The position numbers were made by a program, and so were the translations under genes. The notes below the pieces were generated by a model that was given only the letters and a program-made list of their open reading frames with translations, searched no databases and was not told the origin of the DNA. A stretch of DNA of 64,000 nucleotides from Dudresnaya verticillata (lineage: Eukaryota), in the NCBI GenBank assembly GCA_977862235.1, contig OZ374557.1, forward strand, positions 1,674,001 to 1,738,000, read 5' to 3'. Shown piece by piece: positions 11,170-21,700 of the stretch. Position 1 is the first letter of the stretch. Every line of letters starts with the position of its first letter.

Positions 11170-13023
11170 ATGATTGAGGAGACAATCGCAGCTGTAGAAT
11201 CAAACGTATTGGCAGCAGAAGAGGAGCACCAGAGTTTGACAAAGGAGCTAGATGGATTTCAAAGGATCTTGAGAGTCATCCGTATGCTGGACAAGGTTCG
11301 AGAAGCTAAAGCCAGTAACTTTGAAGAAACAGGTCCAGTTGAAGGCCTAATAGAGGAGTGTTGCGTCAAGTTGAAGAAAATCTTGGACAGCTCTGACGAT
11401 GAAATACAACCTGACGTAGATTTTGATCAATGGGCTTTAACAATTGAAAGTGATGCCCGGGCACAAGATCCCATGATGCTTTCCTTCGATTCTGGGAGCG
11501 ACGGGGATGAAGATGATAGACCAGAAAAGTCGAGGTCTTTTAGGCTCAAAACTGCAGAAGGTCCGGGATCAAGTAAAGGGGCCAGCACCTTACTTGATAT
11601 TCTGAAGTCTAATGGGAGGGTAAAGTCCAAGACCGACGTGACGAGAGACGAATTAGGGAAAGACAACAAGCTGTTTTGGCTAAGCACTGGTGCTTGGGCG
11701 TTTGCAGTGATTGGAATGATGATTACTATTGGCTTCTTAACGGGAGACTTCTTGGTTGCACACCGGAATGTCGCCATCCAAATTGACAGAACGGAGGCAA
11801 AAGCACTGGAGCTTCCTGCTCTTACCATCTGCAATGATATCCCGAACATACCAACTTTTACCGAGTATCCTTCATCAGAATACCCTGGACTCCCGTTACT
11901 CGGGATATCTACCTACATACGCACACCGAGAACACCGGGAGCTGCATTCGAGGCTATCGAGATCAAGTATCCGAATACGCTGTCCCATGAAAGCGGGTCC
12001 CCAGTGGAAGAAGTTGTGGTGACTGGCAACGGAAATCGGTTCCTTAGCTCTGCAAAGGGGTTTGATGTGCGGAGAGAGCAGGACGCGCTGCACAGCATTC
12101 GCAGGTCTGGATCACTGCAAGATCTGGACAGGGACGGCAAGAATGGTCTGTACTGCTTTAGAACTGGTTTCAAAAGGAGAGAGCTATTACAGCCTTACGA
12201 TTTCAACGCGTCTTCCGGGGTATCACTACCCGCGGTGCAAGTGAAGGTGTTCAAGTTGAGGCTTCTCAATGCATGCCGTTCAAGCTTTCTTCGAAACGAC
12301 GAGGTAATTCTTGCTGTGTTCGTTTCGGAACTGCTTTCGCATGCTGGGAAACTTGAGCAACGAGGAATTCTTGACTTCAACGGGGAGGAGTACGATGTCC
12401 TCGATACGCATTCCAGGCTAAAGGTCCGTACACACCACTTGATAGACTTCTACTGCAACGTCTACTTCTTCTCCGGGTACTTCTACCCGTCCAACGACAA
12501 GGCCAACATCACGTACCGCTTCAACAGAGCATTCGAAGGCGTCTGGCAGCAAACAGGGACCGGGCCGTACTTCACGACTTACTCGTGGGAGCAAGGCGCG
12601 CCGAACATACTAGGGCCGGACGCTAGAGCGCTGCAGAACGACACGTACAGCCTGGACGCGGTGCGGCTGTTCGCCGAGGAGACCGGGAGTATCAACGGAT
12701 CGCGGGTGGTGTCGCCCGACAGGAGCATTTCCGTGCTCAACTCTGGGTACTCAGCAATCTATATCTTTCAACGCGTCAGCATCGGCGGAAAGTTGCAGTT
12801 CAGAATGAAGGAGGCGTTAAGGATTGCCCCCATACAGAGCGGCATGGCGTTCTCGAGTTACGAGGTCGCCATCGACTTTTCCACGTTCGAGACTGAGCAG
12901 ATCCTCACCACTCCCACCATGTCCTGGCCGGAGTTTCTCACGGATGTTTTTGAGTTTGTTGGCCTCTTCACAGGCATTTGCATCTTCACGCTGATCGTCG
13001 CGCCGGCGCATTCCTTGGTTTAG
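11170..13023 (+). CDS. Two-TM membrane protein, DEG/ENaC(ASIC)-like channel paralog B
   Basis: TM1 followed by LELPALTICN (cf. DEG/ENaC FPAVTxCN). TM2 region MSWPEFLTDVFEFVGLFTGICIFTLI (cf. ..DIGG.LGLF.G.S..T). Shares RGILDF, CNVYxFSGxFYPS and YRF..W...G.GP with paralog A. Confidence 0.65.
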   Translation: MIEETIAAVESNVLAAEEEHQSLTKELDGFQRILRVIRMLDKVREAKASNFEETGPVEGLIEECCVKLKKILDSSDDEIQPDVDFDQWALTIESDARAQDPMMLSFDSGSDGDEDDRPEKSRSFRLKTAEGPGSSKGASTLLDILKSNGRVKSKTDVTRDELGKDNKLFWLSTGAWAFAVIGMMITIGFLTGDFLVAHRNVAIQIDRTEAKALELPALTICNDIPNIPTFTEYPSSEYPGLPLLGISTYIRTPRTPGAAFEAIEIKYPNTLSHESGSPVEEVVVTGNGNRFLSSAKGFDVRREQDALHSIRRSGSLQDLDRDGKNGLYCFRTGFKRRELLQPYDFNASSGVSLPAVQVKVFKLRLLNACRSSFLRNDEVILAVFVSELLSHAGKLEQRGILDFNGEEYDVLDTHSRLKVRTHHLIDFYCNVYFFSGYFYPSNDKANITYRFNRAFEGVWQQTGTGPYFTTYSWEQGAPNILGPDARALQNDTYSLDAVRLFAEETGSINGSRVVSPDRSISVLNSGYSAIYIFQRVSIGGKLQFRMKEALRIAPIQSGMAFSSYEVAIDFSTFETEQILTTPTMSWPEFLTDVFEFVGLFTGICIFTLIVAPAHSLV

Positions 13024-13225
13024 GCTTGTTGACGTTGTCGATGGATATCGTTAGAGTGATAGCAATCAATAAATAGCTGGGCGGATTGTTGAGGGATGAA
13101 CGGATTACGCGATACTGTATCTCGGATGCTGTTGACCTTGCAAGAAACGCAGTCGTATCGAGACTCGACTTTTGCAGAAATGTTCGCACATGAGGCGGGC
13201 CGATGAGAACAGCACCATTATCGCA

Positions 13226-13255
13226 GGGGGGGGGGGGGGGGGGGGGTGGGGGGGG
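13226..13255. repeat. Poly-G tract
   Basis: About 30-nt G run with one T interruption, upstream of the QueC-like gene. Confidence 0.9.
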
Positions 13256-13420
13256 CGAGCCGCTTATGGAAAAAAACGGCACAGGCAAACGGCTACAATC
13301 ACGACGATCCTGTAGCAACGCACGCGCAATCCCTTTTTCGCAATCGACACGGACGCCCTCATTGAGAACCGCAAGTCCAACGCAAGGCCCCCACCCCAAC
13401 AACGCGCCCTCCGCTTCCCA

Positions 13421-14203
13421 ATGCGGAATCGCATCGCCTTCGCCGCAGCAGGCCTCGCACGCGGCCATCTGCGCGCCTCGCGCGCGCGCATTGCCCGCCC
13501 TCCCGCGCGCGCCGGGGCGCGCGGGTGGCGCGCGTCGCACTCGGAGGCGGCCGCAGCCGCGCAGATCGTGCTGCTGAGCGGCGGCGTGGAGAGCAGCACG
13601 GTGCTGCGTTCGGTGACGCGCGCACGCGGCGCGCCGCGCACGCTGGCGCTGTTCGCGGACTACGGGCAGCGCGCCGCGGCGCACGAGCGTCGCGCCAGCC
13701 GCACGCAGGCGGCGTTGTGCGGCGCGACGCTGGTCGAGGTCGACCTTCGCCACGCCGCTCGCGCGCTTGCCGGCGGGACCGAGCACCAGCGCCGGTTCGT
13801 GCCACTCGCGCACCGCAACCTGCTGCTGCTCGCGCTGGCGACGTCGCTCGCCGGCGCGCAGGGGGGTGTGAGGGAGGTGCACATCGCCGTGTGCCGGGAT
13901 GACGCGGAGTGGTATCCCAGCGCGGCGCCGCGGTTCGTGGACGCGTTTCGGGGCGTGGTGGATAGCCTTGGGGAGGGATGGGCCGTGCGCGCGCCACTCG
14001 CGCAGATGCGCAAGGCGGAGGTCGTGGCGATGGGCGCGCGCATCGGCGTGGACTTTGGCGGGACGTGGAGCTGCATGGTTGCGCGCGGGGACGTGCACTG
14101 CGGGCGGTGCGTGCAGTGTCGCGCGCGCAGGGCGGCGTTTGTGGAGGCGGGGGTGGCCGAGGGGGCCGGCTTTTACGCGAGGGGGGACGCGGCTAGGACT
14201 TGA
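13421..14203 (+). CDS. QueC-like PP-loop ATPase (7-cyano-7-deazaguanine synthase family) with an Arg/Ala-rich N-terminal presequence
   Basis: VLLSGGVESS PP-loop, DYGQR...E, P..HRN.LLL, APL..M.K.EV, and the TWSC...HCGRCVQC..R..AF zinc cluster. Confidence 0.8.
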   Translation: MRNRIAFAAAGLARGHLRASRARIARPPARAGARGWRASHSEAAAAAQIVLLSGGVESSTVLRSVTRARGAPRTLALFADYGQRAAAHERRASRTQAALCGATLVEVDLRHAARALAGGTEHQRRFVPLAHRNLLLLALATSLAGAQGGVREVHIAVCRDDAEWYPSAAPRFVDAFRGVVDSLGEGWAVRAPLAQMRKAEVVAMGARIGVDFGGTWSCMVARGDVHCGRCVQCRARRAAFVEAGVAEGAGFYARGDAART

Positions 14204-14438
14204 GGGATGTGGAGCCGTAGAAGTACTTCTCGCCCAGGCGCTTGCCGAGGATGAAGCCCACGCCGGTCATGACGCCCGTGCATAGCGGGTAGAAGAAGAC
14301 CACGCGGAAGTCGGTTGCGCCGGTCTTCAGCAGCGAGCGCAGCTTGGACGACGCACAGGCGGGGGAGTCTTCGGCAGGCGCCGGGTCGGCCGGCACGGCG
14401 ACCGCCTCGGTGGCGTGGTCCGGTGCAGGGCCGGACAT
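14193..14438 (-). CDS. Small single-TM protein (81 aa), possibly Mim1/TOM13-like
   Basis: Clean ORF with GC3-rich codons and hydrophobic FFYPLCTGVMTGVGFILG with GxxxG spacing. Its 3' end overlaps the QueC-like 3' end by 11 bp. Confidence 0.55.
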   Translation of the reverse strand: MSGPAPDHATEAVAVPADPAPAEDSPACASSKLRSLLKTGATDFRVVFFYPLCTGVMTGVGFILGKRLGEKYFYGSTSLKS

Positions 14439-15068
14439 GGTTCTAGCTAGGTCTTGTGCTTGTTGTTCGGGTTGAAGAGGGCTTGTGTCGGGGGAGGGCG
14501 CGTCGGGTGCGCGGCGGATCGGCGGCGGAGGTGCGGGTGCGGGTGCGGATGCGGGTGCGGGTGCGGGTGGGTGGAAGCGGTGTGCGCGGGTGGCGGTGGT
14601 TGGGATATCTGTCGATTCAGGACCGCGATCGCGGTCGACGACGGGCCGGTGACGGTTCGTTGCGCGGATGGGCGGGGCGCATCCTCATTGCGCAATCGCA
14701 GCGATCGCGGTCGGCCGCACACCGCAACGAGCGCGCGGCGCGGCTGTCAACAACGTTGACGCGTAATTGCAATTGACTGCGCGGCGCGTGCAATTGCATG
14801 CGCGCGGAAGTAATTGCCCGCGCGCTCGAAACGGCACCCGCAACGGACTCGATCTCGCGCGCCTGCGCGCCTGTTGGTTTGATCCCCCGCGCCGAGATCT
14901 TGGCATGCCGATCCGGTCAGATCCATGTCGGATCGCCGCGCAATTCCGCGTACACAAGCACCAAACGCAGCCACAAGCGCAACCTCCGCGCCAGCTCGCG
15001 GTGCCTGCGCCGCCGCGTCCAGATCCCCCCGCACGCACACGCCCCCCCCCCCCATCGCCCCGTCCGAG

Positions 15069-16481
15069 ATGCCGTCGCCCACCGCCGCCTTCGCAACCCC
15101 GGTCCCGCTGTCCTCGCGCGCCACGTCGCGCCTGCCGTCGCGCGCGTGCTCGGTCACGCCGCGCCGCGCCCCGGCCATGGTCATGGGGCAGGCGCTGGAC
15201 ACGGCCGAGTCGCAGCGCCTGCTCGCCGAGGCGCGCGAGCTCATGCCGGGCGGCGTGTCCAGTCCGGTGCGCGCCTTCAAGTCGGTCGGCGGCGGCGCCG
15301 TCGTCTTCGACCGCGTCAAGGGCTCCAAGGCCTACGACGTCGACGGCAACGAGTACGTCGACTACATCGGGTCGTGGGGCCCCGCCATTGTTGGCGCCGC
15401 GAACGATGAGGTCAATGACGCGCTTAAGGAGGCTCTCGCAAAGGGCTTGTCGTTCGGCGCCCCGTGCCGTTTGGAGAACCAGCTCGCCCAGATGGTCATT
15501 GACGCCGTGCCCAGTGTGGAGATGGTCCGCTTTGTCAACTCGGGCACCGAGGCCTGTATGTCCGTTGCGAGGCTCATGAGGGCCTACACTGGCCGCACAA
15601 AGTTGGTCAAGTTCTCGGGCTGCTACCACGGCCATGCTGACATGTACCTCGTGCAGGCGGGGTCGGGCGTCCTCACGCTCGGACTGCCGGACTCACCCGG
15701 TGTGCCGGAGGCTTCAACTGCGTCCACGCTGGTCGCCAAGTACAATGACCTGGACAGTGTGCGCAAGCTGTTTGAATCTAACAAGGACGAGATCGCGGGC
15801 GTCATTCTGGAACCGGTCGTGGGTAACTCGGGCTTCATCCCGCCCACGAAGGAGTTCCTGACTGGTCTGCGCCAGATTACGCAGGACTACGGCGCTGTTC
15901 TCTGTTTTGACGAGGTCATGACTGGCTTCCGGATCTCGTACAGCGGCGCGCAGGGCTATTACGGCATCAAGCCAGACCTGTCCACATTTGGAAAGGTCAT
16001 TGGCGGTGGCCTGCCAGTTGGCGCCTATGGTGGCCGGAAAGACATTATGAACCTGGTCGCCCCGGCCGGCCCAATGTATCAGGCCGGAACGCTCAGCGGT
16101 AACCCGCTTGCTATGACGGCTGGCATTAAGACGTTGGAGATCCTGAGCCGTCCGAATGCTTATGAGTCTATGGATAACGTGACCGAAAAGCTTATCAACG
16201 GGCTGATTAAGACTGGGCAGGAGTGCGGCCATGCTGTTTCTGGTGGGCACATTGGTAGTATGTTTGGCTTGTTCTTCTGTGAAGGCCCCGTTACCTGCTA
16301 TGAAGATGTTGCGGCCAAGTGCGACTTTGACAAGTTTGCACGCTACCATCGTGGAATGATGGAGAACGGTATCTACCTCGCGCCTTCGCAGTACGAGGCT
16401 GGATTTGTTGGCATGGAACACAGTGATGCGGATATCGCACGCACTATCAATGCGGCTCGCGAAGTCATGAAGACTCTGTAG
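15069..16481 (+). CDS. hemL: Glutamate-1-semialdehyde 2,1-aminomutase, plastid-targeted
   Basis: [34 protein letters not shown] lysine in [11 protein letters not shown], and [10 protein letters not shown]. Transit peptide [12 protein letters not shown] from ATG 15069. Confidence 0.97.
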   Translation: MPSPTAAFATPVPLSSRATSRLPSRACSVTPRRAPAMVMGQALDTAESQRLLAEARELMPGGVSSPVRAFKSVGGGAVVFDRVKGSKAYDVDGNEYVDYIGSWGPAIVGAANDEVNDALKEALAKGLSFGAPCRLENQLAQMVIDAVPSVEMVRFVNSGTEACMSVARLMRAYTGRTKLVKFSGCYHGHADMYLVQAGSGVLTLGLPDSPGVPEASTASTLVAKYNDLDSVRKLFESNKDEIAGVILEPVVGNSGFIPPTKEFLTGLRQITQDYGAVLCFDEVMTGFRISYSGAQGYYGIKPDLSTFGKVIGGGLPVGAYGGRKDIMNLVAPAGPMYQAGTLSGNPLAMTAGIKTLEILSRPNAYESMDNVTEKLINGLIKTGQECGHAVSGGHIGSMFGLFFCEGPVTCYEDVAAKCDFDKFARYHRGMMENGIYLAPSQYEAGFVGMEHSDADIARTINAAREVMKTL

Positions 16482-16561
16482 GATACGTTTACTTGCTTTC
16501 AGCGGACTCGTAGATGGCTTGTTGTCTCTTCTCAGTTTCTTGCATAGTCTCGCTCATCACG

Positions 16562-16585
16562 GCTGCTGCTGCTGCTGCTGCTGCT
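16562..16585. repeat. (GCT)n microsatellite downstream of hemL
   Basis: About 8 GCT units. Confidence 0.9.
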
Positions 16586-16799
16586 GGACCGTTTGTGTCC
16601 TTCGATGTGGTAGTTACATTGCTTCCGCATCTCAAGTAGAACGATAAACAAATGGTGTGATGAGCAACAATACTGTGCAAACTACAGGCACAAACGCAAG
16701 CTCGGCAGAGAAAATAGCTCTGGGAAATACAGAGAAGCTGTAACTCTCTTCTAAAACTTTACAATCGCGCGCTCCGTACAATGGCACGACACAGACTTG

Positions 16800-18041
16800 C
16801 TAATCGCTCGATCCATCCGCGTCATACCTCTTCATAAGCGTGCCATTGTTCAGTCCAAGCACATGGGCATGAATGTACGGACGATCGTACCTGATATCCG
16901 CCGCGGCTTTCGCGCGTCTCCACACGATGTCGCGCATCTTTGCCTTTTTGGGGGAACTGGTTGATCCGTGCCCGCCCACACCTCTCCGAAACTCGGCATC
17001 ATAAACTCCGACGCGCCAGCCTGCGGTCCACGCGGCATAGCTCAGCACGCAGTCCTGCCACACACCGGGCTCGCGCATGCGGAACAGGCCGACGTCTAGG
17101 CCGCCCACGCGGTGCAGGGCCTCGGAGCGGATGAAGACCGGGGCGATCCACGCACACTCAACATACATGAAGGGGTGCAGGGTACGCGAGCTCAAAAACG
17201 GAATACGCTTCGTCTTGCCCTTCTGCATGCCGCCGTGGTCGCTGGTCTGCTCGCCAAATTCGTGGCCGTGGCCCGATTTGTCCCACAGCTGCCCGATAAA
17301 GCCCGTCAAGACACCAAGCTTTGGATCCGCATCGAACAGCTCCAGCGCGTGCGTCACCCAGTTGAGCGCGACCGGCGCCTTGCTGTCGGAGTCTCCGGCC
17401 GGAACCGCGGGCGGGAGATCGTCGTCCTGCAAGAGCACAAAATACTCGGCAGAACTGATGCGCATGGCGCGATTGTAGCACCGGGTCTCGTGGAGGTTGT
17501 TACTGACGACGATGAAGTGTTTAAAGTCGCGCAGATGCTCCATCCAGCTGTCGAGGCTGTCGTCAGTGGAGCCATCCTCGCAGACGATAATTTCGTGGAC
17601 AGCAGGGTTGAGCTTGAGCGCGGCGGCGATGCGGGGGATGTTAGCCGCGTGGTTGAACGACTGCACAATGGCAGACACGGTCGGGGTCTCGTGCGGTTCG
17701 TACACAGCAGGGACGCGACATCCACACGACAGCTCTGCGCGCACGCGGTTGATGACCGGGTCGTGGTACAGGTCGTTGGCGAGGCCGCGGCTGACGCAGC
17801 GCGCGACGGCGCGGTCCGTGACGTGCGCGTTGGCAAAAGTGGACGGCGTGAGCGCGGACGGCAGGAACGGCGGCGGCGACGGCGGCGGGGCGTTGCGCGA
17901 CACCCATGCCGGTGACAGCAGGTTGAGCGACGTGGCGGAGAAGAACAGCAGCGCGTACGTCAGCACGGTGGCGTGAACAAACGGCTCCAGCGCGCCCGTC
18001 TTCGACGTCGCGGCGCGGTACACCACGGCCAGCCCCTCCAT
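16800..18041 (-). CDS. Glycosyltransferase family 2, type II membrane protein
   Basis: N-terminal TM segment, VSAIVQSFN, EIIVCEDGSTDDS, DxD-like LQDDD, and VGGLD. Confidence 0.85.
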   Translation of the reverse strand: MEGLAVVYRAATSKTGALEPFVHATVLTYALLFFSATSLNLLSPAWVSRNAPPPSPPPFLPSALTPSTFANAHVTDRAVARCVSRGLANDLYHDPVINRVRAELSCGCRVPAVYEPHETPTVSAIVQSFNHAANIPRIAAALKLNPAVHEIIVCEDGSTDDSLDSWMEHLRDFKHFIVVSNNLHETRCYNRAMRISSAEYFVLLQDDDLPPAVPAGDSDSKAPVALNWVTHALELFDADPKLGVLTGFIGQLWDKSGHGHEFGEQTSDHGGMQKGKTKRIPFLSSRTLHPFMYVECAWIAPVFIRSEALHRVGGLDVGLFRMREPGVWQDCVLSYAAWTAGWRVGVYDAEFRRGVGGHGSTSSPKKAKMRDIVWRRAKAAADIRYDRPYIHAHVLGLNNGTLMKRYDADGSSD

Positions 18042-18792
18042 TGCGGCAGGCGTGCGTGCAGTGGGCGTGGGCGCGGGCGACGGGCGACGCCGCTGCTGCG
18101 CGAGGCGCCGAGGCTACGACGGCAGAGACATTACTGCGCCGCGGCGGCGGCGGCGGGCGGGGCGCGGGGGAGGGGGCCGCGACTGACCGCGACTTAATTG
18201 CAGCAATGCGGACGGGCGCGCGTGGTGTCCGCGGCGGGCTGCATGGCGCGGCACGACGCCCCAGCGCGGCGGCGCGCAACCGGCTCCGCGAGCCAAAGCG
18301 CGGCGCGGAGCCGGAGGCGTTGGAACGGGCGGCGGCGCGCTGTGCGCCCAACAAGATCCATTGGCGCCAAAACGCCGCGGCGCAATGCGAAGGCTGTGCT
18401 TCCTCGAACGCCGAACGCTCTCCCGCACCCGCTCCAAAACGCTCCAAAACACCACTCCACCACCGCTCACGCAGTCGCCGCGCGCGCGCCCAGCTGCGCG
18501 CCCGCCCGCTCGTGCGATATTACCGTTCCCCCTGCCGCGACGCACACCGTCCGCCGCAACCCACCGTCAACGTTCTCCCTCCCCAACCCCCTACCCCGCC
18601 TCGCACCGCCCCCGTCCTGCTTCCGCCCCGCCCCGCGCCCCGCCGCATCCCCCCGCCGCGTCGCCGCTCCCGCCCGACTCCCGCCGCCCGCCGCCGCCCG
18701 CTGCACGCCCGACTATCCCGGCGCGCGCACCGCACGCACGCAGGGCGCATCCCCACTTGAGCACGTCCGGCTTGTGCCTGCAAACTGCCGCA

Positions 18793-21700
18793 ATGTCCGC
18801 CGCGGGCGCGACACAGCTCGGCAGCGGGAGCCGCCTGCCGAAGCCGCCGCCCACCATGCAGGCTTCGAATGCGGAGATTGCCGCGGAGATCCATCGCGCC
18901 ACGGGCAACCGCCGTGAGTTCCTGCTGGCGCAGGCCCCCATGTTCAAGCATTTCATCGGCGAGGATGACGACTCGCGCGCCGGCTCCGCGTCGGGCTCCG
19001 ACGCCGCTGGCCCCGCCGCACCCGCTAAGAAACCGGTGCGTGCCGAGAAGGTCGGCAAGGCTGGTAAGACTAAGAAGCGCCGTCTCACTGAGAAGGAGGA
19101 GGATAACCTCATGCTGGAGAGCGCAAAGACTGGGGCGAGCGATCCGCTTGTGCAGACTACCCGCCTCAACGAGCAACCACGTTGCATTACTGGTAAGATG
19201 CGCACGTACCAGCTCGAGGGACTCAACTTTATGATTGGGTTGTTTGAGAGGGGCCTCAACGGTATCCTTGCTGATGAGATGGGACTAGGGAAGACCCTGC
19301 AGACCATTTCTCTCTTGGGCTTCTTGAGGCAGTACAAGGGTATCACTGGCCCGCATTTGGTCATCGTCCCGAAAAGCACACTGGGCAACTGGATGAATGA
19401 GATCAAACGCTGGTGTCCCGATATACGCGCTGTTAGGTTTCATGGCAACCAGGATGAGCGCAAACACCAGGCAAGCACCCTGGTGCAGTATGGCAAATTT
19501 GACGTCGTCGTCACTTCGTACGAAATCGTTAGCAAGGAGAAGGCACATCTCACCAAATTTTCATGGCGCTATCTCATCATCGACGAGGCGCACCGAATCA
19601 AGAATGAGAATTCGCTCCTCTCTCAGGTCGTGCGGCTGTTCACTACGCAGGCCCGCCTGCTCATCACTGGAACCCCGCTTCAGAATAACCTGCACGAGCT
19701 GTGGGCGTTGTTGAACTTCCTGCTGCCAGACGTCTTCTCCAGTGCTGATGTCTTTGAGAAATGGTTTTCCAGCGTGGAGGCCGCGGAAGGCGACGAGACT
19801 GCCGTCAACGACACAAAGCAAAAGGAGATTGTCGGCCAGCTCCACGCCGTTCTCCGGCCGTTTCTAATTCGCCGCCTCAAGCATGAGGTCGAGCATAGTC
19901 TCCCCCCAAAGAAGGAGACGGTGTTGTTTACCAAGCTCTCGGACATGCAGCTCGGGTTATACAGAAACCTCTTGAAGAAGGATATCGATGCTATCAACGG
20001 TAAGGGTGGAGACCGTGTGCGTCTGCTCAACATTTTGATGCAGCTTCGCAAGTGTGTGAATCATCCTTACCTGTTTGATGGCATGGAGGATCGCACTCTT
20101 GACCCGTTTGGGGAGCATCTGATCCAAAACTGCGCCAAGCTTGGGTTGCTCGATAGGCTGCTGCCGCGCTTGAAGGAAGGAGACCATCGCGTTCTGATTT
20201 TTTCCCAGATGACTCGTGTCTTGGACATTCTTGAGGACTATTGTACCATGCGCAAGTACAAGTTTTGCAGAATTGATGGAGGCACCGATGGCGAATGGCG
20301 CGACGAGCAAATCGCGGACTACAACAGTGAGGGCTCTGACAAGTTTATATTCTTGCTTTCAACAAGGGCCGGTGGACTCGGCATCAACCTGGCTACTGCA
20401 GACACCGTCGTCTTGTACGACAGCGACTGGAACGCGCAGTGCGATTTGCAGGCAATGGACCGAGCGCATAGAATTGGTCAGCGGAAGCCTGTCAACGTTT
20501 ATCGGCTAATCACGGAAAACTCTGTCGAGGAACGTATTCTGCGCACAGCAATGTCCAAACTTCGGCTTGATACTCTTGTCATCCAACAAGGTCGGCTCAC
20601 GCAGCAGAAGAAGAACTTGCAAAAGGATGAGCTCCTGGATATGATCCGCTTTGGAGCCGACAAGTTCTTCAAAACAAATGCATCTGATTATGCAGAGGAG
20701 GATATCGAAGTGCTATTGTCAAGAGGGGAGGAGAGGACAAAGGAAATGAAAGAAGAAATCGAGAAGAAAATCAGTGCGTCTGGCAATCTTGATATGCTAG
20801 ACTTCAAGTTATCAGGGGATGACTCGAAGAAGGACAAATCAATATTCCATTTTGAAGGTATCAACTACAAGGAAAAGTCAGCAGCAGGGCAGCAGTTCTT
20901 CCTCGATGTGGGCAAGCGTGTCCGTGCCAAGAGTTACGATGAGTCGGCTTACTTCCGAGATGCACTGCGCCAGGCACAGAATCCGGTGCCGGAGAAGAAG
21001 AAGCCGCGCCTTAAGTACCGGAAGGAGCCCCCACTGCCAGACCACATGCTGTATAATGCAGTTCGTCTGCGGGAGTTGTATGCAATAGAACGCCAAATCG
21101 TAGACAAGTACAATGCTGAGGCAGAGGCGGCAGTGAAGGAGGGAAAGGACCCCCCAGAACTGCCAAACACGAAGGAATCCCTCCTCGATGCAGAAAAAGA
21201 AAAAGAGCGCGAAGCCCTCTTAGCAGAAGGGTTCAGCTCCTGGACTCGACGCGACTTCCAAAGTTTCTTCCGGGCTATTGAACGGCACGGTCGAGGCAAC
21301 CTTGAGAAGATTGCAGATGACATGGCTGAGACGAAATCCCCGGAAGAGGTTACTGATTACTCTAAGGCTTTTTGGGAGCGAGGTCCATCTCGCATCGAGT
21401 CTTGGGCGAAGATTGAAAAGCAAATCCAAGAAGGAGAACAGCGTATTGCACGATGCCAAAACATGGAAAAGGCACTGCAGATCAAGATAGATCGCTATGA
21501 TGACCCCTGGAAAGAACTTGATGTCGTTTACGCGAGCAACCGATCGAAAACCTTCATGGACGACGAGGATCGATGGTTAGTTTGTATGACTAACAAGCTT
21601 GGTTATGGTCGATGGGAAGACATCAAGCTCGAGGTGCGCAAGGCCTGGCAGTTCCGATTCAACTGGTGGTTCAAGAGCAGGACTCCAGTTGAGCTAAAGC

